Of a DNA stretch of 64,000 bases, positions 28,097 to 42,583 are shown one piece after another (position 1 is the stretch's first letter; each line of letters starts with the position of its first letter). The stretch is taken from the NCBI GenBank assembly GCA_030632085.1, contig DAOVJY010000005.1, positions 37,476 to 101,475 on the forward strand, read 5' to 3'. A model generated the notes under the pieces. The model did not search any database. It was not told where the DNA came from and saw only the letters and a program-made list of their open reading frames with translations. Position numbers and translations under genes: made by a program. The DNA comes from Candidatus Omnitrophota bacterium (lineage in GTDB: Bacteria > Omnitrophota > Gorgyraeia > JAGLLT01).

Positions 28097-29187
28097 ATGG
28101 AACTTACCGCCTTAAAAGCCGATTTAATAAAAGCTACGCAAATAACTCAAAATGTTATTTCTAATCAAGCAGCACTTCCCATACTATCTAATTTATTATT
28201 AGAAGCAAAAAACGATATAATTAAAATAATAACAACAGACCTGGATATAGGAATAAGTTATTCATTTAAAGCGGATATAATTAATGATGGAGTAATAACT
28301 ATACCGGCTAAGAAGTTTTCGGATATTATTAAGGAATTGCCCAATGAGGAAGTTAGGATAATTGTAAAAAAGAATAACATTGTAGAGGTGAGGTCTGCTA
28401 ACGCGTATTTTAAATTAATGGGCATAGCAAAAGAAGAGTTTCCTAAACTACCAACATTTGTAAATAAAGAATTTGTAACAATATCACAAAGTAGACTTAA
28501 GAAGATGTTAGAGATGAGTTTTTTTGCTATATCAAGAGATGAAACAAGGTATGTTTTGAATGGAGTTTTGATAGAGCTAAAAGAAAACCACATCAAAACA
28601 GTAGCAACGGACGGAAGAAGGCTTGCTTTAATAGAGACGCGGGGAAACTTCCCTCAAAAAATAAATAAAAAAATAATAATACCTTCTAAAACGGCACAAG
28701 AATTAATGAGGAACCTAAATCAAGAAGGGGAAGCGAGAATAATATTTTCTGAAAATCAGGCGTGTTTTGAATTTGATAATATTATTTTAACTACCAGATT
28801 AATAGAGGGAGAGTTTCCGGAGTATAATAAGGTTATACCAAAAGAAATAAAAGGTAAAATAAAGATAAATAAAAGTAATTTATTTAAGGCGATTAAAAGA
28901 GTAGCCTTGTTTACAAACCCCGATTCAGTAGCAATAAAACTAGATATAACAAAAGATAAAATAGTTTTATCTAAAAGAACGCCGGATTTAGGTGAGGCAA
29001 GGGACGAAGTAGAGGTAAGGTTTGAAGGTAAGGAGATGTCAATTGGTTTTAACCCCAACTATCTAATAGATATATTGAAAGTTATTGATGAGGATGAAAT
29101 TGAGGTTGAGGTTGTGGATCCTCAGAAACCGGCAGTTATTAGGAGAACAGGTAAATTTGTCTTTATAGTATTACCTATGCAATTAAC

Positions 29188-29191
<4 letters not shown>
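28097..29191 (+). CDS. dnaN: DNA polymerase III beta sliding clamp
   Basis: Position after dnaA; three-domain clamp length (364 aa) and sequence character. Confidence 0.9.
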
Positions 29192-31990
<2,799 letters not shown>

Positions 31991-32015
31991 AAATGAAAAG
32001 AAATAGGAAAAAATA

Positions 32016-34460
32016 ATGTATACCAAGGGCGAAAAAATAATTCCGGTTTATATTGAAGACGAAATGAAAAGCTCATACATTGATTATGCGATGAGCGTAA
32101 TTGTGGGCAGGGCTTTGCCCGACATTAGAGACGGCTTAAAACCCGTACATAGGCGAATACTTTTTTCAATGAAAGATCTTTCGCTGTGGCATAATAAGCC
32201 CTATAAAAAGTGCGCTAGAATTGTTGGTGATTGTCTGGGCCGCTTTCATCCCCACGGCGATACAGCTGTTTATGATGCCCTGGTGAGAATGGTTCAGGAA
32301 TTTTCATTGAGGTATCCCTTGATTGAGGGCCAGGGTAACTTTGGCTCTATAGACGGTGATCCGGCCGCCGCAATGAGATATACTGAGGCAAGAATGCAGG
32401 CCATCACGAATGAGATGTTAAAGGACCTTGAAAAAGATACGGTTGATTTTGCTCCTAATTTTGACAACTCTCTAAAAGAGCCCAGGGTTTTGCCGGCAGC
32501 TATACCAACATTGCTTATAAATGGCTCTAGCGGTATCGCGGTCGGTATGGCCACAAATATACCCCCGCACAACTTGGGCGAAGTTGTTGACGCGATTATA
32601 ACTGTAGTTGATAATCCGGAAACTAGCATTAAAGACTTGATGAAAATAATTAAAGGGCCGGATTTTCCCACCGGCGGCACAATATGCGGCAGAGAAGGAA
32701 TAAGAGCGGCATATAATACGGGACGTGGGCGCATAAAATTAAGAGGTAAGGCCTATATCGAAACCTCTAAAAACAGCAGAGAAGCTATAATAATTTCTGA
32801 ATTACCGTATCAGGTAAATAAAACTAATCTTGTTGAGCAAATTGCCGCTTTAGTTCAAAACAAAAAGATTGAAGGCATCAGCGACTTAAGAGATGAATCT
32901 TCAAAAGAAGGCATACGAGTAGTTATTGATGTTAAAAGGGGCCACCCGCCGCAGGTTATTTTAAATCAATTATACAAGCATACTCAAATGGAGACAACGT
33001 TTGGCATCATTATGCTGGCGTTGGTTAGTAATCAACCCCGAGTGCTCAACCTTAAAGAAGTGATTGAGCATTTTATTAAACATCGTATAGATATTATAAC
33101 CAGAAGAACGAAGTTTGAATTGGCCAAAGCGGAAGCCAGGGCACATATTCTCGAGGGACATAAGGTTGCTCTTAAAAACCTGGACGAAGTTATAAAAATA
33201 ATTAAAAAGTCAAAAACGCCCGCCGCCGCCAAGGAAAACCTCATCAAAAAGTTTGTTTTCAGCTCTATTCAGGCGCAAGCGATTCTTGAAATGCAGCTTC
33301 AGCGTTTAACCAACATGGAAGTAGAAAAAATAGAAAAAGAGTATCTGGAATTACTTAAAACTATAGAGAAATTAAAGTTTATTCTTGAAAACCCCAAGAA
33401 AGTGCTGGGGATTATCAAAGATGAGCTGAGGGAAATTAAAAAAAAATACAACGACGACAGGCGAACGGATATAGTGGCAGCGGTTGATGAACTTGATGTG
33501 GAGGATTTGATCGCTAACGAAAGTATGGTTATGACCATGAGTCACGCGGGTTATATAAAGAGAATACCGGTTTCTTCTTATAAAAAACAGAGACGCGGCG
33601 GTGTGGGCGTCATTGGGGCTCAGTTGCGGGAAGAGGATTTTGTAGAGCATCTCTTTATTGCATCAACGCACGATTACATCCTTTTCTTTACGGATAAGGG
33701 CAAGGTGTATTGGTTGAAGGTTTATGGGGTGCCGCAAAGCACCAGAACAGCCAAAGGAAGAGCTGTGGTTAATTTATTGCAATTGACCAAAGACGAAAAT
33801 ATCACTTCTTTTATACCCGTGGTGGAATTTTCAGAAGATAAATATTTGGTTTTAGCTACAACAAAGGGTATAATTAAGAAAACAAAATTATCATCCTATA
33901 GCAATCCTCGCAAGGGTGGCATCATCGCAATTACACTCAAAGAAGACGACAAGCTTATCGCTTGCGGAGTTACTGATGGTAAAGATGAGATTTTGATGGC
34001 CGCGCGCATGGGCAAAGCAATAAGGTTCTCCGAGTCTCAGGTAAGAGATATGGGCAGGTCGGCCGCTGGCGTTAGAGGAATAAAGCTTAGCGAAAAAGAT
34101 ACTTGCATAGGCATGGAAATAGCCAAAAAAGACGCGGACCTACTTTCCGTTACGCAGGAGGGATTTGTAAAACGCACACCCATAGACAAGTATAGAAATC
34201 AATCTCGCGGAGGCAGAGGCGTTATCAATATAAAAGCTACCAAACGCAACGGTGAAGTTGTGGCTATTAATACAGTTGATGACAAAGATGAGTTGATGGT
34301 AATAACTTCCGGCTCAATGATAGTCCGTTGCGCCGTTAAAGACATAAGATCTATTGGCCGCAACACACAGGGCGTTAAACTTATTTCGTTAAAAAATAAT
34401 GATAAAGTTGTGGCCGTTGCTAAAATTGCATCAGAGGAAGAGGCAGAAAAAGAAGAATAA
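32016..34460 (+). CDS. gyrA: DNA gyrase subunit A
   Basis: Active-site region [10 protein letters not shown], GyrA-box-like beta-pinwheel repeats in C-terminal domain. Confidence 0.95.
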   Translation: MYTKGEKIIPVYIEDEMKSSYIDYAMSVIVGRALPDIRDGLKPVHRRILFSMKDLSLWHNKPYKKCARIVGDCLGRFHPHGDTAVYDALVRMVQEFSLRYPLIEGQGNFGSIDGDPAAAMRYTEARMQAITNEMLKDLEKDTVDFAPNFDNSLKEPRVLPAAIPTLLINGSSGIAVGMATNIPPHNLGEVVDAIITVVDNPETSIKDLMKIIKGPDFPTGGTICGREGIRAAYNTGRGRIKLRGKAYIETSKNSREAIIISELPYQVNKTNLVEQIAALVQNKKIEGISDLRDESSKEGIRVVIDVKRGHPPQVILNQLYKHTQMETTFGIIMLALVSNQPRVLNLKEVIEHFIKHRIDIITRRTKFELAKAEARAHILEGHKVALKNLDEVIKIIKKSKTPAAAKENLIKKFVFSSIQAQAILEMQLQRLTNMEVEKIEKEYLELLKTIEKLKFILENPKKVLGIIKDELREIKKKYNDDRRTDIVAAVDELDVEDLIANESMVMTMSHAGYIKRIPVSSYKKQRRGGVGVIGAQLREEDFVEHLFIASTHDYILFFTDKGKVYWLKVYGVPQSTRTAKGRAVVNLLQLTKDENITSFIPVVEFSEDKYLVLATTKGIIKKTKLSSYSNPRKGGIIAITLKEDDKLIACGVTDGKDEILMAARMGKAIRFSESQVRDMGRSAAGVRGIKLSEKDTCIGMEIAKKDADLLSVTQEGFVKRTPIDKYRNQSRGGRGVINIKATKRNGEVVAINTVDDKDELMVITSGSMIVRCAVKDIRSIGRNTQGVKLISLKNNDKVVAVAKIASEEEAEKEE

Positions 34461-34471
34461 AAAGGGGGAGC

Positions 34472-35020
34472 ATGACAGAGGACGCGATAAGGATTATATC
34501 TAATGCCTTTATTATTTGCGGATTATTTCTCTTTGCCTCCGCTGTCGCTTTGGTTATTATTAGAGAAAGGTATAATAGAAAAAGCAACGACCCTTTTAAA
34601 ACAAGCGAACAAACAAGCGTCAAACAAAAAGAATTACGACACCTCAAAAGGGCTAATTACGAAAAAGACGTAAAATACAGCCATGCAGAGCCTCCCTACG
34701 CCGAAGGTATTGCCAAGGGAAAAAACTTGCATCAATCGGGCGCAGGCCTTATGATGCCAATTCACGCGAAGGTAAGGAGCGGCACAAAACTTGACTTGGA
34801 ATTATTTTTAGACGGCAAGAAAGAACCCTTGCGAATTACAGGAGAAGTTGTTTGGACAGAGGGCCTGGAAGACGAAAAAATGGAAAAGCTTTCGTTAATA
34901 TCCGAATTCTTCGCGAGGCGGGTGGGTGTAAGATTTAATGATATGAATGAAGAAAAGAAACAGCGAATTAAAATAGCTATTAAAGGTATAATCGCGGAAA
35001 GTAACACAGAAGATGCTTGA
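34472..35020 (+). CDS. Membrane-anchored PilZ-like domain protein
   Basis: N-terminal TM helix; C-terminal segment with PilZ-like character (GEVVWTEG). Tentative. Confidence 0.35.
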   Translation: MTEDAIRIISNAFIICGLFLFASAVALVIIRERYNRKSNDPFKTSEQTSVKQKELRHLKRANYEKDVKYSHAEPPYAEGIAKGKNLHQSGAGLMMPIHAKVRSGTKLDLELFLDGKKEPLRITGEVVWTEGLEDEKMEKLSLISEFFARRVGVRFNDMNEEKKQRIKIAIKGIIAESNTEDA

Positions 35021-36299
35021 TTTAAAATTTATAAGGTCCAACCCTGATACAATAAAGAAATCCTTGGCAAACCGCAAAGTAAGAATTGATATTGATAAAC
35101 TACTTTCTCTTGACCTCAAAAGAAGGCAAATGCTTCAGGAAACAGAAACCCTAAAAAACGAAAGAAATATAACGTCAAAAGAAATAGGTGAGTTAATAAA
35201 GCGTGGCGAAAAGGTTGAAAGTAAAAAAAATGGCGTAAAAGCTTTATCCCAAAAAATAACAGAAATTGACGACAATGTGGAGGGTTTATCTGTAAAAATT
35301 GATACAATCGTACATGCAATCCCAAATGTACCTCACAAAAGTGTACCGATTGGGCCTGATGAAAAAGCTAATATCATCGTAAGAGAGTGGGGCGTGATAA
35401 AAAAACCCGCTTTTGAACCAAAAGATCATATAGAATTAGCCCAACTGCTTGATATTATAGATTTTGAGCGAGCAACAAAAGTCGCGGGCTCCAATTTTTC
35501 CTTATATAAAGGAGATGGAGCGCGCTTGGTAAGGGCTTTGATTAATTATATGCTGGATGTCCACAGCGGAAAAAATGGTTATACGGAAATATGGGCCCCG
35601 GCCTTAGTTTGTGAAGAATCAATGTTTGCCACCGGACAGCTTCCAAAGATGGAAGAAGACATGTATAAGCTTAGGGATGATAATTTATATTTAGTTCCAA
35701 CGGCTGAAGTTCCGGTTACGAATATGTATCGCGGTGAAATAATAAATGAAAACGAGCTGCCCATATGTATGTGCGCTTACACCCCTTGTTTTAGAAGAGA
35801 AGCGGGGTCTTATGGTAAGGGCACCAGAGGGCTCATAAGGGTGCACCAATTTGATAAAGTTGAATTGGTGAAAATCGTGTTGCCGGAAAATTCAGACGAC
35901 GAATATGAAAAACTTCTTAAGAACGCGGAGAGCATTTTGCAGGCTTTAAAGTTGCCTTATAGAGTAATGGCTTTATCGGCGGGGGAGTTAAGTTTTGCGG
36001 CAGCTAAGTGTTATGATATCGAAGTTTGGGCGCCGGGAGCGGGCCGCTATTTTGAAGTTTCCAGCGTCAGTAATTTTGACGATTTTCAGGCAAGAAGAGG
36101 AAACATCAGGTATAAAGACAGCAAGACTCAAAAAGTAACATATGTTCACACGCTAAATGGTTCCGGCGTTGCTTTGGCCAGGACGATAATTTGCATATTA
36201 GAAAACTATCAACAGAAAGACGGTTCTGTTGTTGTTCCTGAAGTTCTGAAACCTTATATGGCTAATCGGGACCGCATAAAACCAAGCATAAATAAATGA
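35013..36299 (+). CDS. serS: Seryl-tRNA synthetase
   Basis: N-terminal coiled-coil arm, class II aaRS motifs (FRREAGSYGKGTRGLIRVHQFDKVE, GSGVALARTI). Confidence 0.9.
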   Translation: MLDLKFIRSNPDTIKKSLANRKVRIDIDKLLSLDLKRRQMLQETETLKNERNITSKEIGELIKRGEKVESKKNGVKALSQKITEIDDNVEGLSVKIDTIVHAIPNVPHKSVPIGPDEKANIIVREWGVIKKPAFEPKDHIELAQLLDIIDFERATKVAGSNFSLYKGDGARLVRALINYMLDVHSGKNGYTEIWAPALVCEESMFATGQLPKMEEDMYKLRDDNLYLVPTAEVPVTNMYRGEIINENELPICMCAYTPCFRREAGSYGKGTRGLIRVHQFDKVELVKIVLPENSDDEYEKLLKNAESILQALKLPYRVMALSAGELSFAAAKCYDIEVWAPGAGRYFEVSSVSNFDDFQARRGNIRYKDSKTQKVTYVHTLNGSGVALARTIICILENYQQKDGSVVVPEVLKPYMANRDRIKPSINK

Positions 36300-36961
36300 T
36301 AAAGCGCACGTTTAAAATGGCATTAGGCATCCTGATGCTGCCCGCCTCGTTTTCCTTTGGCGCCAACCTTTTTAAACAAATATCAAATATTTCATCTATT
36401 GGAAACATAGAACATTATTTCTTTTGCGGAATTACCGCGTATGCAATTTTGCACATTGTTTTTTTCAAACCGGTCTATATTTATGTGTTGGGGCACGAGT
36501 CCATGCACGCTTTGGCAACGTGGATATGTGGAGGCAAAGTAACATCGTTTAAGGTGTCGTCTTCCGGGGGAAGCGTTGAGACAACCAAGCCCAATTTTTT
36601 TGTAGCTCTGGCCCCGTATTTATTTCCTTTTTATGCCATTATCGCATCACTTGTTTTTGGCGGGCTTTCTTTGGTGGTTGATATTTCGGCATTTCTCAAC
36701 ATTTTTGTTTTTACGTTAGGCTTTACTCTTATTTTCCATTTAATTATGACTATAGAGATGGTTAAGAAGAAGCAGCAAGACATAGCGGAGACGGGGTATA
36801 TTTTTTCAATTAATTTTATATTCATTTGCAATTTGGTCATATTTGCTTTTATATTGAGCGCGCTTTTCAGTGATGTAAATTTTACAAATTTTATAATGTA
36901 TTCCATCGTGGACACAAAAGAAATTTTTTGCACCACCTTCAACCAGCTTTTTAATTACTAG
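36296..36961 (+). CDS. Polytopic membrane protein with HExxH motif (putative membrane metalloprotease)
   Basis: Multiple TM helices; HESMH within a TM segment. Family not resolved. Confidence 0.35.
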   Translation: MIKRTFKMALGILMLPASFSFGANLFKQISNISSIGNIEHYFFCGITAYAILHIVFFKPVYIYVLGHESMHALATWICGGKVTSFKVSSSGGSVETTKPNFFVALAPYLFPFYAIIASLVFGGLSLVVDISAFLNIFVFTLGFTLIFHLIMTIEMVKKKQQDIAETGYIFSINFIFICNLVIFAFILSALFSDVNFTNFIMYSIVDTKEIFCTTFNQLFNY

Positions 36962-36990
36962 CTTTAATACACCATGTGTTTATTGGCGCA

Positions 36991-37014
36991 TAGCGTAGAG
37001 CGCGTAGCGGATAG
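36991..37014. repeat. Copy of dispersed TAGCGTAGAGCGCGTAGCGGATAG repeat core
   Basis: Shares core with elements at about 17922-17955 (rc), 54697-54724, 56738-56763 and 58590-58629. Confidence 0.5.
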
Positions 37015-37109
37015 AAAAAGCTCTAAAGGGGCCCAAGCGTGCCGATGAAGTATTGGGCAAGGGTTTGTGATGATGTGGCTAATCGGGATTTATATTAAAA
37101 AAGCCAGCA

Positions 37110-37138
37110 TTGACAAAGTGCCACCAACCTTATATAAT
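37110..37138 (+). promoter_or_regulatory. Consensus sigma70-type promoter upstream of tRNA-Ser
   Basis: TTGACA (37110-37115), 17-nt spacer, TATAAT (37133-37138). Confidence 0.55.
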
Positions 37139-37170
37139 AAAACTCCACTTAACTTGATTAATAACATTTG

Positions 37171-37294
37171 AGATCTCACACCCGCCCTTGGCAGGTTCGA
37201 GATCCAATTTGCTTGTTGAAATTACACGTAAAAGATCTCTCGCCCGTCTTTGGCGAGTTCGAGATCCAATTTGCTTGTTGAAATTGTACAAATT
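37171..37294 (+). repeat. Tandem ~60-nt leader repeat (2 units) immediately 5' of tRNA-Ser(UGA)
   Basis: Two units of AGATCTC-N17-GTTCGAGATCCAATTTGCTTGTTGAAATT; the same arrangement precedes the second tRNA-Ser at 56511-56607. Confidence 0.5.
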
Positions 37295-37382
37295 GGAGGA
37301 GTGGCTGAGCGGTTGAAAGCGGCGGTCTTGAAAACCGTTGTGCCGAAAGGTACCGTGGGTTCAAATCCTACCTCCTCCGCCA
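37295..37382 (+). tRNA. tRNA-Ser (anticodon UGA)
   Basis: Cloverleaf by eye: acceptor GGAGGAG/CTCCTCC, 3-bp D-stem, anticodon loop CTTGAAA, long variable arm, T-loop TTCAAAT, ends GCCA. Confidence 0.85.
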
Positions 37383-39053
37383 GTGATACCAATTCGAACC
37401 TTTGCGTTTCTCGTCTAAGAGCGCAAGGGTTTGAATTTTTGTATGGGCGACATAGTACGGCTTGAATTTCTTTTCGCCGCTATGGATAATCTGATAAAAG
37501 TCTGAATCCTCATCAGATATTGGCTCAAGCCGAATTGGCCCAAGAACCTCTTTAAGAGCCAGGCCGGCTGTAACAGTATTCTTATTCAGTGTTTCGCGTA
37601 ATCTCTCAAGTCTTAAGTTAATCCATTCCTTTGCAGGCGCCTTAAAGGTATTCTGCTGCTGAAATTCCAACGAGACAATTTCCTGTTTTAGGCTTTCACT
37701 CCTCTTTTCTGTTTCATTTAGAGCCTGTGATACTGATTTAGAAAAGTTTCCTATTTTAATGTAGTTAAGATAATTTTGTAGTTCAGATAGAAGCTTATCA
37801 AGCCGCGATTTCTTTTTTTTAATCAATTCAGGCACTTCATTCAGGCCGGAAGTAACAAGCTTTTCTACATTTTTATAAACGTAGCTTAAATTTTCAGCGG
37901 TTAATATCTTTTGCTTTAACTCTGAGATAATGGTTTGTTCTATTCTTTTGCGCGGCACAAGAAGGTTATTATTGCAGGTTTTTCTTCTGGCGTTATAGCA
38001 CCCGTAATAACCGCTTCCTTTTCCGCTAATAAGGACGATAGCTCCGCCGCAGATATCACATTTCATTAGCCCTGAAAGTAAGTAATTGGGACTGCCATAC
38101 ACATAACTTCTTTGCTTTGTTTGACTATTTTTTTCATTTTTTCTTATAGGCCATGTTCCCTTGATTTCTACCCATCTTTTTTGAGCCTTTCTCCATGTTT
38201 CCTTGTCAATTATAATTAATTCTTTTTTAAATATAGACAATTGTTCTTCTTTTGGGCGAGGAACCTTTTTTATTCTTCCCGTTATAGGATCTCTGAGATT
38301 TTTGTACTTTCTCCATATCCATAAGCCGGTATACTTTTCATTTTTTAAAATTCTACTTATAGTTGATATGTTCCATCCACCGGGACGCCCTCTTTTAGTT
38401 GGAATCTTATTTTTGTTAAGGTCCCGCGCTATTTTATTTAAACTTTTTCCTTCAATAAAGTTTTTATATATATCGCTAACAACATCAACTTCAGCGGGAT
38501 TTATTTTATGAACCATTCCTTCGTATTTAGGCTGCCCCTTCTTGTTTAGCTTTAATTCACCCGAGGGCTGGGTGTGATAGCCATAAACATGCTCGCCGGT
38601 GCTGAAACCTCTTATTTTTTGCCCCTCTAAGCCGCGCATTGTCTTTTTCTTAAGGTCATCAAGATATAACTCATTCATAAGCCCCCGTATATGAATACCT
38701 AATTTAGAATTTTCATCATCTGTTACAATGCCATCTGAAACAGAGATTATTTTAATTTGAAGGTAGTTAAATTTAAGCACAAGTGTCAACATTTGATGAT
38801 TGCTTCGAGAAAGACGGGATAAGTCATCTACCATAACCGCTTCAAATTCCTTATTTTCAGCAGCTATTTGCAGAGATTGTAATGCGGGACGATTAATAAT
38901 AGAACCTGAAATTGCTTCATCAATATAGATATGTCTATTTTTAACACTCATATCGTTGTCACGCGCGTAATTTTTACAGACTCTAATTTGATCATCAATG
39001 CTCTTTTCACTTTGATTTTCAGAAGAATACCTTGCGTATATTGCTACTTTCAT
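37368..39053 (-). CDS. Large serine recombinase (integrase)
   Basis: N-terminal resolvase catalytic domain ([12 protein letters not shown]), recombinase and zinc-ribbon domains (CDICGG...[10 protein letters not shown]); 3' end overlaps tRNA-Ser by 15 nt. Confidence 0.85.
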   Translation of the reverse strand: MKVAIYARYSSENQSEKSIDDQIRVCKNYARDNDMSVKNRHIYIDEAISGSIINRPALQSLQIAAENKEFEAVMVDDLSRLSRSNHQMLTLVLKFNYLQIKIISVSDGIVTDDENSKLGIHIRGLMNELYLDDLKKKTMRGLEGQKIRGFSTGEHVYGYHTQPSGELKLNKKGQPKYEGMVHKINPAEVDVVSDIYKNFIEGKSLNKIARDLNKNKIPTKRGRPGGWNISTISRILKNEKYTGLWIWRKYKNLRDPITGRIKKVPRPKEEQLSIFKKELIIIDKETWRKAQKRWVEIKGTWPIRKNEKNSQTKQRSYVYGSPNYLLSGLMKCDICGGAIVLISGKGSGYYGCYNARRKTCNNNLLVPRKRIEQTIISELKQKILTAENLSYVYKNVEKLVTSGLNEVPELIKKKKSRLDKLLSELQNYLNYIKIGNFSKSVSQALNETEKRSESLKQEIVSLEFQQQNTFKAPAKEWINLRLERLRETLNKNTVTAGLALKEVLGPIRLEPISDEDSDFYQIIHSGEKKFKPYYVAHTKIQTLALLDEKRKGSNWYHWRRR

Positions 39054-39122
39054 TTTAACCCCCCTTAATGACTACATGATTTACGAAAATCTTTGATTTT
39101 CTTAAATCGTTTGTAGGAATTA

Positions 39123-39164
39123 ATCCCCCCTGATTTGTTTTGCGGCGCAAAACATGTGGGGGAT
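39123..39164. promoter_or_regulatory. 42-bp imperfect palindrome upstream of the integrase (candidate recombinase site)
   Basis: ATCCCCCC-TGATTTG-TTTTGCG-G-CGCAAAA-CATGT-GGGGGAT: outer and inner arms are reverse complements. Could alternatively be an operator or terminator hairpin. Confidence 0.3.
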
Positions 39165-39566
39165 ATAAATTATATCAATTTGTCAATTTCAGCACCTATC
39201 TTCATTTGAAAAAGTTTCAGGATTTTGTTTGGCTATGCTGATGTATTCATCGGCAATTATAGAAGCCGCAACATCCAATAGTTCTTGAACAGAGAGATTA
39301 TCAGCCCAGCTTAAATTTATTGGTTGAATTGTTGGATTATTTAGCAGTTTTGTTTTCACTAAAAAACCTCTTGATATTAAAAAATCCAGCGTTATAATAG
39401 CATTATAAGGAAAGCAATAAATTAATAGTTATCTAATAATATAATAATAGCATTATATTGATAGTATGTCAATAGAAATCATCAACAATTTTAAGTGCAC
39501 CTAAAAGATTTATATTGATCCTGAAGTCGAAGGCTGAAGGATCTTAGAATCTAAAGTGAGGGGATT

Positions 39567-39761
39567 ATGCTTTCAAAAAACATAAAACAACTAAGAAAGA
39601 AACACAATTTATCTCAGGAACAGCTTGCCCAAAAAGCGGGAATTACTTACAGCACGCTTATTAAAATAGAGTCGGGGGCAAACAAAAATCCTACGCTCGA
39701 AACTCTAAGAAAAATTTCTAATGTTTTTAAAATTAAGATAGATGAGTTGGTTGGGAGGTAG
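39567..39761 (+). CDS. XRE-family HTH transcriptional regulator
   Basis: Cro/CI-type HTH (LSQEQLAQKAGITYSTLIKIESG). Confidence 0.8.
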   Translation: MLSKNIKQLRKKHNLSQEQLAQKAGITYSTLIKIESGANKNPTLETLRKISNVFKIKIDELVGR

Positions 39762-40512
39762 TAATTGGAGAAGGATAGGTATGAGTAATAAAAAATTATA
39801 TTCAAACGCTATTCGGAACTGGCCAGAGGAGGACCGGCCCCGAGAAAAGTTGCTCAAATACGGAGAACATACGTTGAGCAATGCGGAATTAATAGCCATT
39901 CTTATCAGAATAGGCACACCGGGCAAAAGTGCTGTTGATATTGCTCGGGAATTATTACAAAAATTTAAAACACTGCGTTCCTTAAGCAGTATGGATATTA
40001 CAGAATTCAGACAAATAACCGGATTAAAAGACGCTAAGATCACTCAGATAAAAGCAGCAGTCGAATTAGGAAGAAGATTGATGAGCGAAGAAAAGGCCTT
40101 TATCGGCACTGTAAAAAAATCGTCCGATGTGGCTCATTTTCTTATGCCGCTTATGCGGGATTTAAAAAGAGAGTGTTTTAAACTCTTATTGCTGGATAAA
40201 AGGAACAGCATCACCAATATCCTTGATATTGAAAAAGGCTCTGTTGATAAAGTAAGTCCATCAATACGTGAAATACTTCATGTCGCCATAAAATTTCAGG
40301 CTCCAGGGCTTATCATTGTTCATAATCATCCGTCCGGCGACATTGAACCAAGTGATGCGGACAAATCCTTAACCCGTGCATTAGTTATCGCTGCTTCATC
40401 AATGGAATTGCGCGTATTCGATCACATCATTGTTGGAGAAAATCAACATTTCAGCTTTACTGATAAGGGATTAATAGAAGAATATGAAATGCTGGCAGTA
40501 AGTAAAATATAA
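39742..40512 (+). CDS. radC: RadC-like JAB/MPN domain protein
   Basis: HhH N-terminal region; JAMM motif HNHPSGD; probable true start at ATG 39781 (MSNKKLY) with RBS. Confidence 0.85.
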   Translation: MSWLGGSNWRRIGMSNKKLYSNAIRNWPEEDRPREKLLKYGEHTLSNAELIAILIRIGTPGKSAVDIARELLQKFKTLRSLSSMDITEFRQITGLKDAKITQIKAAVELGRRLMSEEKAFIGTVKKSSDVAHFLMPLMRDLKRECFKLLLLDKRNSITNILDIEKGSVDKVSPSIREILHVAIKFQAPGLIIVHNHPSGDIEPSDADKSLTRALVIAASSMELRVFDHIIVGENQHFSFTDKGLIEEYEMLAVSKI

Positions 40513-40527
40513 GAGGAGGGGCCAACC

Positions 40528-42582
40528 GTGACAAAATTATCAAAAAGGGACCGTAAAAGAATCAGCGAACTATTGCGGGCTGGCGAAGGAATCCCTCTTG
40601 ATTACAAAAATATTCTTTTCCCTCCGGAAAAGAGAGAATACGAGTTAGTCTATGCCGGCAAAGAAAGGGAAGAAGATATCCTTGCTGATACTATGGCCGT
40701 TCCTCTTCAAGCAGTGAAAACTTTTGGAAAAAACGGTAAGGGTTGGACAAATAAACTTATCTTTGGTGATAACCTCCAGATTATGAAAAAGCTACTCGAC
40801 GATCCAGAGGTAAATGGCCGAGTAAAACTGATCTATATTGACCCCCCGTTTGCTACGAAACAAGAGTTTCGGGGAAGCCAGGATCAAAAAGCATATCAGG
40901 ATAAAATCGCAGGGGCAGCGTTTATTGAGTTTTTAAGAAAACGGCTCATTTCTCTTAGAGAATTGTTAAGTAAAGATGGTGCAATTTTTGTTCATCTCGA
41001 TTACCGCAAAAAACATTATATAAAAGCAATAATGGATGAAGTATTTGGAGAAAACAATTTTAGAAATGAAATTGCTGTAAATAGAGTGAAAAAGAATGTC
41101 AGAGAAAGAGAACTCGTGAAAAAGCTAAACGAGGAGTTTGATACAATCTTATTCTATTCAAAAAATGCATCATTGTTGATTTTGCCTCCAGATAAAGAAG
41201 ATTATAAGCCTGATAGGTGGCATGCTTTTGATGCCGCAGGTTTTAGAAATGGAATGGATTACGAAATATTTGGTTTTAAGCCAGCAACAACCAGACATTG
41301 GCATTGGACAAAAGAAAAAGCCTATGAAGCAAAGAAAAATTATGAGGTGTGGAAAAGCACGCTTTCAAGCAAAATGACTCTTGGAGAATATTGGGTTAAA
41401 ATGGGGCAAAAACTTAGATTTGTTAGGCCAAGTCAAAATACGAGGAAGCCAGAATATTTTATTCCGGCTACTGAACAAACTCTTTGCAATAATTTGTGGA
41501 ATGATTTATCAGCATACTCTTTTCAGCATAGTTACCCGACAGAAAAAAACGAAAAACTTCTTAAACGAATTATAAATATGGCTACATCAAAGGGGGATAT
41601 CGTACTTGATGCTTTTGCCGGTTCTGGTACGACGTGTGTAGTTGCGGAAAAGTTAGGCTGCCGTTGGATTGGTATTGATTGCGGCAAGCTGGCGATTTAC
41701 ACTATCCAGAAAAGAATGCTTAACTTGAAATCTGAAATCGGCAATAAAGGAAAAAAATTAAATCCCAAACCGTTTACGCTTTATAATGCCGGTCTTTATG
41801 ATTTTCCAAAGTTAAAAAAACTTCCCTGGCAGGATTGGCGCATCTTTGCCTTACATCTTTTTAATTGCCACGACGATAAACATACCGTCTCAGGCATTGA
41901 GCTTGATGGTTACAAAGGAAGGACAGATGTTCTTGTTTTTAATCATCAGCAAGACGGCGGCGTGATTCTTGACTATGGTTTTATTGATGATTTACATTCC
42001 ATGCTTGGCTCAAAAACAGGTAAACAATTTTTTATTATCGTGCCGGCGGCCAGTGTGACATTCTTGGAAGACTACATTGATAGGGGCAATACTCGTTACT
42101 ATGTTCTGCGTATACCGTATTCCATAATAAACGAATTGCATAATCGTGCCTTTGAAGCCATAAAACAGCCTATTGATGAAACCCAGGTCAACGATACCGT
42201 TGACGCCGTGGGTTTTGATTTCATCCGGCAGCCAAAGGTAGAATGCGAATATTTTACTAAAGATGATACTGCCACCATCAAAATAAAAACTTTTAAAAGC
42301 GAGGCAATGACCAAAGGAGTGAGCATTCTTAGCAATAGAGAATCTCTTTCTATGGTAATGGTAGATTTCAATTATGCTGGTGAAATTTTTAATTTAAAAA
42401 AAGTGTATTACGCCAGTGAGATAGAAAAAAATAAGTGGGGAATTCATCTCCCTGTTGAATCAATTAAGAGCCAGCTTATGATCATTTATCTGGATATCTA
42501 TGGCAATGAATACCGCGAGATTAAAACATTAAAAGATTTTAAACCCTTTGAGAATAGGAAAAAAGTAAAAGGGAGAAAATAG
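40528..42582 (+). CDS. Type III restriction-modification Mod-like DNA methyltransferase (N6-adenine/N4-cytosine, beta class)
   Basis: GTG start with RBS; catalytic DPPF (LIYIDPPFAT) precedes AdoMet motif FAGSGTT. Confidence 0.8.
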   Translation: MTKLSKRDRKRISELLRAGEGIPLDYKNILFPPEKREYELVYAGKEREEDILADTMAVPLQAVKTFGKNGKGWTNKLIFGDNLQIMKKLLDDPEVNGRVKLIYIDPPFATKQEFRGSQDQKAYQDKIAGAAFIEFLRKRLISLRELLSKDGAIFVHLDYRKKHYIKAIMDEVFGENNFRNEIAVNRVKKNVRERELVKKLNEEFDTILFYSKNASLLILPPDKEDYKPDRWHAFDAAGFRNGMDYEIFGFKPATTRHWHWTKEKAYEAKKNYEVWKSTLSSKMTLGEYWVKMGQKLRFVRPSQNTRKPEYFIPATEQTLCNNLWNDLSAYSFQHSYPTEKNEKLLKRIINMATSKGDIVLDAFAGSGTTCVVAEKLGCRWIGIDCGKLAIYTIQKRMLNLKSEIGNKGKKLNPKPFTLYNAGLYDFPKLKKLPWQDWRIFALHLFNCHDDKHTVSGIELDGYKGRTDVLVFNHQQDGGVILDYGFIDDLHSMLGSKTGKQFFIIVPAASVTFLEDYIDRGNTRYYVLRIPYSIINELHNRAFEAIKQPIDETQVNDTVDAVGFDFIRQPKVECEYFTKDDTATIKIKTFKSEAMTKGVSILSNRESLSMVMVDFNYAGEIFNLKKVYYASEIEKNKWGIHLPVESIKSQLMIIYLDIYGNEYREIKTLKDFKPFENRKKVKGRK

Positions 42583-42583
42583 C

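Noticed and set aside
37368-37382. Direct repeat of the tRNA-Ser 3' end marking the far island boundary
   Set aside because: Looked for CCTCCTCCGCCA-like copies near 54-56 kb and saw none by eye; serine recombinases need not generate such repeats.
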